DNA of 64,000 nt, taken from the IMG/VR virus record IMGVR_UViG_3300029305_001653, positions 32,001 to 96,000 of that record; one strand, written 5' to 3'. Position numbers and translations under genes: made by a program. The notes beneath the pieces were generated by a model. It had not been told where the DNA came from. It saw only the letters and a program-made list of their open reading frames with translations, and did not search any database. This document shows positions 39,650-48,192 of the stretch, one piece after another. Within the stretch, counting starts at the first letter, position 1; each line of letters starts with the position of its first letter. The DNA is from a virus (Duplodnaviria; Caudoviricetes).

Positions 39650-41521
39650 ATGGCTGAAATGATTGATGCTCTAGATAACATAAAGGTTATTAGTGCTACA
39701 CTCCCAAAAGGTCGTATGAAAGGTGATGTTGACGGCGACGGAGTCATCGCAGAAAATGATTATAAGTTGATTCTGCAAGCAATATCTGGCACAACATCTC
39801 TTGATGATATACAAAACTGGTGTGGTGATGTCGATAATAGTGGCAAGGCAGATAGTAGTGACTCTGTACTACTAATGAACGTCGTAGCTGGGAGAGAGAC
39901 TGTTCTGACATCTGTTCCAACTATGGCTGATTATTATGGTAATTGGACATGGGTTAAAATAGATGACTTAAGTGGATATTTCTATTACGATATCCCTGTT
40001 GCGACAGCGACTATAGGTTCAACAGCAGCATTAGCAACATCAGATGATGCAGATATGTTTATTGACTTTGAGTGTAGAGATGGCTCTATAAGAGTATATG
40101 CTAAAAGATTACCTCTTGAATCCACTGAGATTTCCATCTCAGTGGATTCAGAGCCTACTAATAAGACCTCTACACTAATAGGTAATCAATATTCTAACAA
40201 TAGAGTATACAGAGGTATTAGACATTACGATCATCTCCCTATAACTAGTGAAGATATCCACGAATATGCAGATACAGTTTATATGAAAACAGCTTATATC
40301 ATGAATAACATATTAGGCTGTGGTATCTTAAATACTCCTTCTATCACTACATCAGGTGATGGTATCAGTCTCAGTGAACCTGCTGTATTGCTCGTAAATG
40401 GTGATGTATCTTTGATACAGTCTGATGATAATACTCCTCTCGTATCTAAGTCTGCTATTGCTACTGCTAATCACTCCTCAGGTACTGTATGTATTGTAGG
40501 ATGGTATCAGCATCTATTAGCTACTAGTAAAATGAGAAATTATGGAGGGGTCTATAACTCGATAATCCCTAATACTCTCTTAGATAATGAACTCAATATA
40601 CAACTATCTACTAGATATCAATTTAGATGGATGCCTGTACTAATAGCTACAGAGTCTATATCTAGTGATACTATAACCTTTGATATAGAAAGTCTTAGAG
40701 AAGATGGTAGTAGTACAGGAGATGTACATACTATAATAGCTAAGAAAGATGAAAGTATCTTTAAAGCTTCTGCTCCTTCTTCTATGACGTATTCCCTGTC
40801 AGGACTCTATGTAATACCTCTACTGAAGTATTCATATTCTAGTAGTTCAGGTACTATTACAGGTACTTCTCCTTACTTACCTGTGAAACCTAAAGGAGGA
40901 TCCTCAGGTTTCATTAAAAGTGACTCCGAGCCTATAGGAGATTATGCTGAAGGTACTACATGGTATAATCCATTAACTAGAGAGTTCAAGACTTACGTAG
41001 AAGGTGTAGGATTCGTTGATAGTGCCTCTACTATGGGATTCTTACAATATCAGTCTGTATATACTGTACCTAATACAATTTATGAAGAACAAGATATTGT
41101 TGTCCCCATTGAGATAAGTGAACTACAAGAAGGAGATATCTTACAAGTAGTTTATGAAGGACTAGTATTGTCCTTAGGAGAACACTATACAGTAGATTAT
41201 AGGAATAATACAGTAAAGTTATTAGGATTTACTGTGAATGCAGGAGAGAAGATAACCTTCACAGCGACTAAGATAGTAGAAGCTAGTGACATTACAAATG
41301 TCACTCTCACATTCACTAGTCATATGGCTACTACGAGCTCTAGTACTGTAGAGGGACATGTTAAATTATCCGACTATGCTGACGACTTATTGACTGTAGA
41401 TGATGGAGTTGCTGCAACTCCAAAAGCGGTCTATCAGTCTCGATTAATCAAAGATAATACTAATAATATAAATTATAAATTTGGGGTAGAGAATGGATTA
41501 CTCTATCTAGAGGAGGTGTAG
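39650..41521 (+). CDS. Tail/fibre protein with N-terminal dockerin-like domain
   Basis: GDVDGDGVIAENDYKLIL and GDVDNSGKADSSDSVLLM paired Ca-binding repeats; C-terminal GHVKLSD..AATPKAV fibre motif. Confidence 0.75.
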   Translation: MAEMIDALDNIKVISATLPKGRMKGDVDGDGVIAENDYKLILQAISGTTSLDDIQNWCGDVDNSGKADSSDSVLLMNVVAGRETVLTSVPTMADYYGNWTWVKIDDLSGYFYYDIPVATATIGSTAALATSDDADMFIDFECRDGSIRVYAKRLPLESTEISISVDSEPTNKTSTLIGNQYSNNRVYRGIRHYDHLPITSEDIHEYADTVYMKTAYIMNNILGCGILNTPSITTSGDGISLSEPAVLLVNGDVSLIQSDDNTPLVSKSAIATANHSSGTVCIVGWYQHLLATSKMRNYGGVYNSIIPNTLLDNELNIQLSTRYQFRWMPVLIATESISSDTITFDIESLREDGSSTGDVHTIIAKKDESIFKASAPSSMTYSLSGLYVIPLLKYSYSSSSGTITGTSPYLPVKPKGGSSGFIKSDSEPIGDYAEGTTWYNPLTREFKTYVEGVGFVDSASTMGFLQYQSVYTVPNTIYEEQDIVVPIEISELQEGDILQVVYEGLVLSLGEHYTVDYRNNTVKLLGFTVNAGEKITFTATKIVEASDITNVTLTFTSHMATTSSSTVEGHVKLSDYADDLLTVDDGVAATPKAVYQSRLIKDNTNNINYKFGVENGLLYLEEV

Positions 41522-41522
41522 T

Positions 41523-42137
41523 ATGGCTACAGGAGATAAGTTATATCTAGCAGATAAACCTACATTAGATAATATTAAGACAGATACTAGTGCTATCAAG
41601 AATACATTGACTGTTATCTCTGATAAGATAGACGATGTAGAAGCTAATAGTAAGTCTAATGAGTACTATAAGCCTACAGATGTTCGTGATAATAAATTCA
41701 AGGTAGGACAGCTCTCTGTAACTAATGTTACTACACCACAATTGAATATAACAGGGTCAGGAATATTCTATGGTTTTGTCTATAATAGTACTTACTACCT
41801 TACAGGAAACTCCTCTATAGATTATATCACTATCAATATAGATAATGTAAGAGTATATTATTCTGCCCTAGCTCATACTGAAAGAAGTGTCTACGGTATG
41901 ATAACTCCTCAGATACCTTTATTCGGACAAAATCCTTCTGCAATGATCCCATATAGTATTCCATTGAGTCTGTACAACAAGAGCTTAGCTACTGATACGC
42001 AGAATGCAAGTAATAACTTAGTATACTTGCCTAAACCTATAAGATTCGAGAGTAATTTACAGATCACAGGCTATACCTCTAATATGACTAATATAGTACA
42101 GCAAGGTTTCTTGTATTACTATTATGAATTAGATTAA
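41523..42137 (+). CDS. Putative fibre tip/receptor-binding protein
   Basis: LADKPTLD short coiled coil then beta-rich domain; position. Confidence 0.45.
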   Translation: MATGDKLYLADKPTLDNIKTDTSAIKNTLTVISDKIDDVEANSKSNEYYKPTDVRDNKFKVGQLSVTNVTTPQLNITGSGIFYGFVYNSTYYLTGNSSIDYITINIDNVRVYYSALAHTERSVYGMITPQIPLFGQNPSAMIPYSIPLSLYNKSLATDTQNASNNLVYLPKPIRFESNLQITGYTSNMTNIVQQGFLYYYYELD

Positions 42138-42154
42138 ATGAGGAGGTAATACAG

Positions 42155-42757
42155 ATGAGTAGACCTAACTTATTAAAGATATTCAATGAGACTACTGAGT
42201 CTACAGCCTATAGTAGGCTGAATAATCCTGTAGATGTGACTAAATCAGGAAGCTCTCTTATAGTATCCAAGACTATAACTGTGCACAATAATTCTTTCTT
42301 AACATTTAGAGCTCCATGTTCCTGTCAAGGAATATTGAGTATAACTATTAATAAGGTAGTATACAACCTCATAGATTCCGCAGGTAATACTCTAGAAGGT
42401 ACGCAGTCCTTCATTGAAAATGCTCTAGTCTCTGTAATAATAGATACTACTAATAAAAAAGCTTATATACTGAACTCTGCTTCAGTATTAGATTTAGACT
42501 CTTTACTAGAATTAACTCCTGACTCTATCGTAACAACAGACTCTGATGGTAGTCTATCTACAAGTACTGCTAGCATTGTTAGACGTAAATTAGGACTAGG
42601 AGAGTCTACAGGTGCATTAAGTACAGAGTATGGAGGTACAGGTGTAGGGAGTATGGTAGGAGATGACTACAACGTAAATCGCCCTAGAGGTATAATACTA
42701 CAGGATAGAGAACCTAACTCTGTATCTAATGGATGCATTGTTGGAGTTTATGAATAA
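42155..42757 (+). CDS. Putative short fibre protein
   Basis: GGTG motif; C-terminus nearly the same as that of 35431-39609. Confidence 0.55.
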   Translation: MSRPNLLKIFNETTESTAYSRLNNPVDVTKSGSSLIVSKTITVHNNSFLTFRAPCSCQGILSITINKVVYNLIDSAGNTLEGTQSFIENALVSVIIDTTNKKAYILNSASVLDLDSLLELTPDSIVTTDSDGSLSTSTASIVRRKLGLGESTGALSTEYGGTGVGSMVGDDYNVNRPRGIILQDREPNSVSNGCIVGVYE

Positions 42758-42776
42758 TTATGAGGAGGTATGACAA

Positions 42777-43175
42777 ATGAGCAATCGTTATCAGGTCAAA
42801 GTAGGAGAATTTTTATTTGAGGCTTTGAAACAGCCTATGGCTACTAAGAGAGTTTTTAGAGGAGAGAATAGAGATACACTTCTCCTTGTATTCCATAAGG
42901 ACGTATTCGGAGATAATAATCCTTCAGATATTTTTGTAGATGACTGTGCATTCTCGATTATTGAGACTGTAGAACTCATGAACGTATCTGGTCTCCCTTC
43001 TAGAGAATATGAAGATAGAGAATATTCTAAAGAATTATTCTGTGTTGCTGGAGATATTACAGATCACAGAGATGGAACTCTCTCTATCCTTATGGGTAAG
43101 AAGACAGATAGAGAATTATTAGAAGAAGAAAATGCCGTTCTGTTATTTGAAAATCTGACTGGAGAGGATTTCTAA
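42777..43175 (+). CDS. Putative fibre assembly protein
   Basis: AGDITDHRDGTLSILMGK; position. Confidence 0.45.
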   Translation: MSNRYQVKVGEFLFEALKQPMATKRVFRGENRDTLLLVFHKDVFGDNNPSDIFVDDCAFSIIETVELMNVSGLPSREYEDREYSKELFCVAGDITDHRDGTLSILMGKKTDRELLEEENAVLLFENLTGEDF

Positions 43176-45100
43176 TGCCTGTATATACAAGTATTGATGG
43201 TGTAAAAAGACAACTTACTGCCTTCTACGAATCTGTAGGAGGCACTAAGGTAGAGACTATCACTAAGTATGCAGGTCATGAAGGTGAGAAACGTATTATC
43301 TTCTCTAAAGCAGGTGCAGGTTATATAAAGTTCATGATAGCTACTACTGATGGTATCTATTATACATTAGATAGGATCAACTGGGTAAAACTTATATCAG
43401 ACACTATTACAGAGGCTTATATAGATGGTATACAACTTAGTACAGGAGAGAAAAAGTGGGCTGTAGTTACATATGAATATTATTCAGTTCCAGGCATGTC
43501 TCTCTCTGCTTATCGTATTAAAGTATATCTGATTGACGAGTTAAATAATGATACTCCTGTAATCACTACTCTTCACGAGAGTGAGTTGAACTCTTATAAG
43601 TTATACTCGAATATATTTATGACGGAGAACTGCATTTGGACTGTTAATGAGAATGACGGTAACCTCACAGCTTTCAAGTATGACGGAACTTCTTTTGCAG
43701 TTACTCCTAAAGATACTAGTAATAATACTATAACAGATGCTACTATTGTAGATTTCTCTAGCAAAGCGTATCTGTTACAGTGGATAAATGGAGATACATC
43801 AGAAGATTCTACAGCAGGATTCATCATTTACTCATATCCTACAGAAGCAGCAGGTACTAGTGTATCTTCTTTATTAGCTTCAGGTCCTAAGAATCTTAAT
43901 AATGTTACATCAGTATATAGTCTAGACGGAACATCTTTAACATCAAGTGACTGGACATATACTCTTAGCTCAGGTACTGTAGGACCTTCAGGTATAAAAG
44001 GAGAGACTGTAGGAGGAGCTATTGAGTATCCTTCAGCAAAATTTAAGTATTTCAATGGTAGACTATATAATATCATATATGCAGATATAGGTGTTAATAA
44101 GTCTTCTAGTAAGTATGCTTATCAGCTTTATGGGGTGATGGAGATCTCTTATGAAAATGATACACTAACTACTAGAGTTTTCATAGAACCTAACAAAACT
44201 ACTTCTTATACAAATTATAGAGTTAAATCTCTTATAGATGTAAATGAGTCAGGTATTTTCTATACTAGAAACGATGGTAATCTCTACTATAAACCTTCTA
44301 TGGACTCTGCGGAGGTACAACTAAGTTGGGGATTTACTCCTTCTTTCCTAGAGACTTCTATAGATAATTCTGCTATTGCAATCACTCCTCCTGATTCTTA
44401 TGTACCGGATAATGACTCCTTGTCTGAGAATACAGTATGGACAGGTAGTGACATCTCTACATTTGTAACAGGTACTATAAATAACTTGAGTGCTTCTCAT
44501 CTCTCTGTCTTTGGATCAGTTGGAGCTAACGCATTCTTAAATCTCGCTAATGGTACAGAGATATTAGTCAACGAATCTGGTACTTATGTTCCTTATATAA
44601 AGGTATCTTCTAATAGACTCATAAGAAAGTATCTGCCTAATTATACTTCTAAAGCTTATGTATATATCGAAGGGTCTACACTAAGAGGTTCAGACTATCT
44701 AGAGTCTAAGCATATAAGAACTCGTATGTCTAGCTATATACTTTCTATAGCAAAGGGTGAAGCAGCTACAGAATCTAATATTAACTCATATGCTAATATC
44801 CTAGGTAGTAGAGTAGCTTATGTAGAAGGGACTACTACTGCAGGAGAGTATTGGTTAAGCGAGACATACAATCCTGGAGGAGAATTTAACACAGATTTTT
44901 ATGATCCTATTGTTGTTTATTACGTAACTACATCCGGGTCTATTGGCGAAGCTTCAGGAGATGTCACTCCTACTCATGGTAATACTGATTATCCTGTAGA
45001 TGTATCTGCTAAATATATAAGACCTATACTCGAATTAACTAGTCCTGCTGTCATTATGGAAGAAAATGCAGATGGGACTATAAAGTTTAAGGGGGACTGA
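43175..45100 (+). CDS. Putative receptor-binding protein with C-terminal lectin-like (DUF6273-like) domain
   Basis: N-terminal IDGVKR..Y.SVGG; C-terminal YWLS..VYYVTTSG..IRPILEL. Confidence 0.5.
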   Translation: MPVYTSIDGVKRQLTAFYESVGGTKVETITKYAGHEGEKRIIFSKAGAGYIKFMIATTDGIYYTLDRINWVKLISDTITEAYIDGIQLSTGEKKWAVVTYEYYSVPGMSLSAYRIKVYLIDELNNDTPVITTLHESELNSYKLYSNIFMTENCIWTVNENDGNLTAFKYDGTSFAVTPKDTSNNTITDATIVDFSSKAYLLQWINGDTSEDSTAGFIIYSYPTEAAGTSVSSLLASGPKNLNNVTSVYSLDGTSLTSSDWTYTLSSGTVGPSGIKGETVGGAIEYPSAKFKYFNGRLYNIIYADIGVNKSSSKYAYQLYGVMEISYENDTLTTRVFIEPNKTTSYTNYRVKSLIDVNESGIFYTRNDGNLYYKPSMDSAEVQLSWGFTPSFLETSIDNSAIAITPPDSYVPDNDSLSENTVWTGSDISTFVTGTINNLSASHLSVFGSVGANAFLNLANGTEILVNESGTYVPYIKVSSNRLIRKYLPNYTSKAYVYIEGSTLRGSDYLESKHIRTRMSSYILSIAKGEAATESNINSYANILGSRVAYVEGTTTAGEYWLSETYNPGGEFNTDFYDPIVVYYVTTSGSIGEASGDVTPTHGNTDYPVDVSAKYIRPILELTSPAVIMEENADGTIKFKGD

Positions 45101-45104
45101 TGAT

Positions 45105-45782
45105 ATGGATATCTACGTAAATCATTTCAGTAGTGTGAAGGATGGTCTAAAATTCCTGGAGGGTCTGAGAGTATCTCCTGAGGTTTATGATGTACATATT
45201 ACATTAGTCAAAGCGAATACTCCTCTAGCTGTATCTTTGAGTGGGAATTTCTTAGATGAGAATCTCAACTGGGAATATGTAGAGTCTCAAGGATATGTAA
45301 TAGAGAAGGATTCTCACTCTTTCGGAGAGTATAGTGCATTCCTATCAGTACCTGAAAATTCCTTTACTATTACTATCCCTACAAACACTCCAGAGCAGTT
45401 CTCCATACCTTATGTAGAAGCTATGTTTGAGAGACTTTATGGTTGTAAGAAGCCTAGTTATCGTAAGAAGACTAATGATTTCATGGTAGAGAGTAAGAAA
45501 GTCCTAGGACGTGCATTCTTCCGTGAAGGTGAACTCTATCATGCTATAGGTACATTAGACTCTATCCCTGTAGAATTAGATAAGATATTCACAGATAAAT
45601 GGTTAGAGAATAGTGGAAAGATTCCACCTTCTGAACGTGTAATTGGTTACCGTGAAGCTACTAATCAACCTGAAGCTACTATAGAGACTTTCGCTGAAGA
45701 TCTCAAGTTCCGTATTAATGAGCAGTTAAAGAATACTGTACAGAATATATACCACATTGATGCAGATAAGGAGAGTGAATAA
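45105..45782 (+). CDS. Hypothetical protein
   Basis: ORF only. Confidence 0.55.
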   Translation: MDIYVNHFSSVKDGLKFLEGLRVSPEVYDVHITLVKANTPLAVSLSGNFLDENLNWEYVESQGYVIEKDSHSFGEYSAFLSVPENSFTITIPTNTPEQFSIPYVEAMFERLYGCKKPSYRKKTNDFMVESKKVLGRAFFREGELYHAIGTLDSIPVELDKIFTDKWLENSGKIPPSERVIGYREATNQPEATIETFAEDLKFRINEQLKNTVQNIYHIDADKESE

Positions 45783-45784
45783 TC

Positions 45785-45916
45785 ATGTTTGAAAAGATTA
45801 AGAAGTATTACATCAAGGGTCTTTACAAGGATTCACATTTAAAAGTTCTCGTAGCTAAGGAAGCAATCACTCCAGAACAGTATACTGAGATTACTGGAAA
45901 GCCTTACGAGAAGTAA
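45785..45916 (+). CDS. XkdX family protein (not in ORF track)
   Basis: MFEKIKKYYIKGLY..V.KEAITPEQYTEITGKPY; AAGGAG RBS. Confidence 0.8.
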   Translation: MFEKIKKYYIKGLYKDSHLKVLVAKEAITPEQYTEITGKPYEK

Positions 45917-45981
45917 TCTGTATTTAGTACCTATAAGGTATTAGATAAATAATTAAATTTATATTATAGGAGGAAGAAATT

Positions 45982-46296
45982 ATGGCTAATGTATTTATGG
46001 AAAACCTTAAGGGTATCGTTGAGACATCCTATGCAGGTGAAGAAAAACCGAAGTATGACTGGCAGACTTCTATCGATATGTTTATCAACGAAAATCGTAT
46101 CACTGTAGGTATGAATCCTGCAGAGATCGAGGCTCAGAGAACTGAATTCCTCGAGTATGTAGCTGCACGTCAGTTTGATAAGGAAGGTAATGATATCACT
46201 AAGCCTGCTCCTGGTATCGGTGAAATCCCGCAGGGAGATATGTATCTTGTTAACGGAAAGTACATCAAGATCACTGGAGATATGATTAAGGACTAA
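45982..46296 (+). CDS. Hypothetical protein
   Basis: ORF with AGGAGG RBS. Confidence 0.6.
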   Translation: MANVFMENLKGIVETSYAGEEKPKYDWQTSIDMFINENRITVGMNPAEIEAQRTEFLEYVAARQFDKEGNDITKPAPGIGEIPQGDMYLVNGKYIKITGDMIKD

Positions 46297-46312
46297 GATA
46301 TCTTAGTCCTTA
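46287..46312. terminator. Perfect 26-bp palindrome over the stop codon, before holin
   Basis: TAAGGACTAAGAT-ATCTTAGTCCTTA. Confidence 0.55.
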
Positions 46313-46340
46313 TCTATACTATCTAAGGAGAGATGAGCTC

Positions 46341-46595
46341 ATGAAGATTAAAACTGAGACTATTGTGAGATTAGTTATATTATTCATTGCTCTCGTAAAC
46401 CAAGTACTCACATCAATGGGTATGAGTCCATTACCTTTTGAAGATGAAACTGTAACGGAGCTAGTTAGTATTACAGTCACTGTAGCAGCTTCTGCGTGGG
46501 CTTGGTGGAAGAATAATTCCTTTACTAAGGAAGCTATTGCAGCAGATGAATACTTAACTACTCTCAAGAAAGAGGGTAGTGTAAAGAATGGCTAA
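46341..46595 (+). CDS. Holin (SPP1-type)
   Basis: TIVRLVILFIALVNQVL..SPLP, AWWKNNSFTKEAI.AD. Confidence 0.9.
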   Translation: MKIKTETIVRLVILFIALVNQVLTSMGMSPLPFEDETVTELVSITVTVAASAWAWWKNNSFTKEAIAADEYLTTLKKEGSVKNG

Positions 46596-47274
46596 GGTAT
46601 TTTTAGGTGTAGGTCATGGAGGTAAAGATCCAGGAGCTACTGCAAATGGATTAGTAGAAGCGGATATTAATCTAGTTATTGCACTGTCCTGTAGAGATGT
46701 CTTAGAACGTCATGGAGTTACTGTATTAATGAGTCGTTATAAAGATGAAGATGATATAGTATCAGAAGAGATTAAAGAATGTAATGCATTTAATCCTGAC
46801 TTAGCTATAGATATCCATACTAATGCAGGTGGAGGAGATGGTTTTGAAATATTCCACCACTATGGTGGAGGAGTATCAAAGACACTAGCTTCTAATATTA
46901 ATAATGAAGTAATTTCTATAGGTCAGAATAGTAGAGGACTTAAGACTAAACTTAACTCTGCAGGAAAAGATTACTATGCATTCATCCGATCTACTAATGC
47001 ACCTGCTGTAATAGCAGAGTGTGCATTCATTGATAATAAAACAGACATCCAGATTATTAATAGTGTTGAGAAACAATTAGTATTCGGAGTAGCTTACGCT
47101 AAAGGAATTCTTAAGACTCTAGGTATCACATATCAAGATGAAAGACCTTGGTATGCAGATGCTAGAGACTGGTGTATGAGGAAGAATATTACCGATGGTA
47201 CAAACCCTCAGAACTATGCAACAAGAGCTGAAATCTGGACTATGCTATATCGTACATTTAGTCAGATGAATTAA
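46588..47274 (+). CDS. Endolysin, N-acetylmuramoyl-L-alanine amidase (Amidase_3) with SLH-like C-terminus
   Basis: GHGGKDPGA, E..NL, IHTNAGGG.G.E, ECAFIDN; ATRAE..MLYR. Confidence 0.92.
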   Translation: MAKVFLGVGHGGKDPGATANGLVEADINLVIALSCRDVLERHGVTVLMSRYKDEDDIVSEEIKECNAFNPDLAIDIHTNAGGGDGFEIFHHYGGGVSKTLASNINNEVISIGQNSRGLKTKLNSAGKDYYAFIRSTNAPAVIAECAFIDNKTDIQIINSVEKQLVFGVAYAKGILKTLGITYQDERPWYADARDWCMRKNITDGTNPQNYATRAEIWTMLYRTFSQMN

Positions 47275-47280
47275 TTGAGT

Positions 47281-47309
47281 GATACTCGTAAGATACCCTT
47301 ACGAGTATC
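47281..47309 (+). terminator. Terminator after lysis cassette
   Basis: GATACTCGTAAG-ATACC-CTTACGAGTATC then TTCTTTT. Confidence 0.8.
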
Positions 47310-47408
47310 TTCTTTTATAAATATGAAGTACTACACTATAATAGTTTACTATCATTTAGATGTAAGTAACTAGTTTAGTGAATAATCACAGAAAGAAGGT
47401 GACTAATC

Positions 47409-48143
47409 TTGGCAATTGCGGTTAATGGAGGTCACGTATCGAGAGCTTTAGATTTCTATAATACAGATAGTAAATACTTCATCATAGGAGGTACTACTCC
47501 TTGGGAAGACGATACTACTCCTCTCTCTCCTAGTGTCGAAGATTATAAACTAATTGATGTCGTAGGTCTTAAAAAAGTAGATAATACATATATGGTAATA
47601 CCGACAGATGAGACAGAAAATGTCATATCGTATCGTAATCAAAATTGGAAGAGAGTAGAACCTCAGATAAAAACTACTATAGGTACTACAGGAGTTACTG
47701 CAGGGTCTAAAGTAATTACCGTATTCTCTGTAGCAGGGTTGACTGTAGGAGCTAAAGTACGTGTAAATAATCTGTATGAAGGTAAAATAACTAATATATC
47801 AGGACTATCTCTTACTCTAGATACAGAAGCTCCAGTTAGTATTCCTGCAGGTAGCGAAGTACTAGGAGGAGCTCTTGTAGAGGGAGCAAAGTATGTATAC
47901 GTAGACTGTTATTTAGAATATGATAACTTCCCTCTAGTTACTTATAGACAGATAGGACTCTGTACTAATGTAGTCCCAGTAGAAAATATTGACAGAAATA
48001 TACTAAGATCTGCTCGCTATAATCCTACTAAGAATGAAGATGAATATACATCTTTAGGTATCTTAGAAGTATTAGATAATAGAGTCCCTGGTACTAGAGA
48101 CATAGATCAGCGTGAGCTACTATCGCTTATAATAGAATTTTAA
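47409..48143 (+). CDS. Baseplate protein (gp8-like; SPO1/Twort-type)
   Basis: MAIA..HVSRA, IGGTTPW.D..P.P, YRQIG, DNR. Confidence 0.7.
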   Translation: MAIAVNGGHVSRALDFYNTDSKYFIIGGTTPWEDDTTPLSPSVEDYKLIDVVGLKKVDNTYMVIPTDETENVISYRNQNWKRVEPQIKTTIGTTGVTAGSKVITVFSVAGLTVGAKVRVNNLYEGKITNISGLSLTLDTEAPVSIPAGSEVLGGALVEGAKYVYVDCYLEYDNFPLVTYRQIGLCTNVVPVENIDRNILRSARYNPTKNEDEYTSLGILEVLDNRVPGTRDIDQRELLSLIIEF

Positions 48144-48192
48144 GTCTTGATATCTATGTGTATATAATCTAGTAAAGGAGGATTATCTAGTC

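Noticed and set aside
44520-45100. Diversity-generating retroelement targeting the lectin-like C-terminus
   Set aside because: No reverse transcriptase and no adenine-variant template repeat seen in this window; the 39510-39609 / 42660-42757 similarity is not A-specific
10691-45960. Late promoter motif resembling AGATA-W-rich upstream of 10745, 18963, 35431 and 45982
   Set aside because: Too AT-rich and variable to distinguish from background by eye; needs motif statistics
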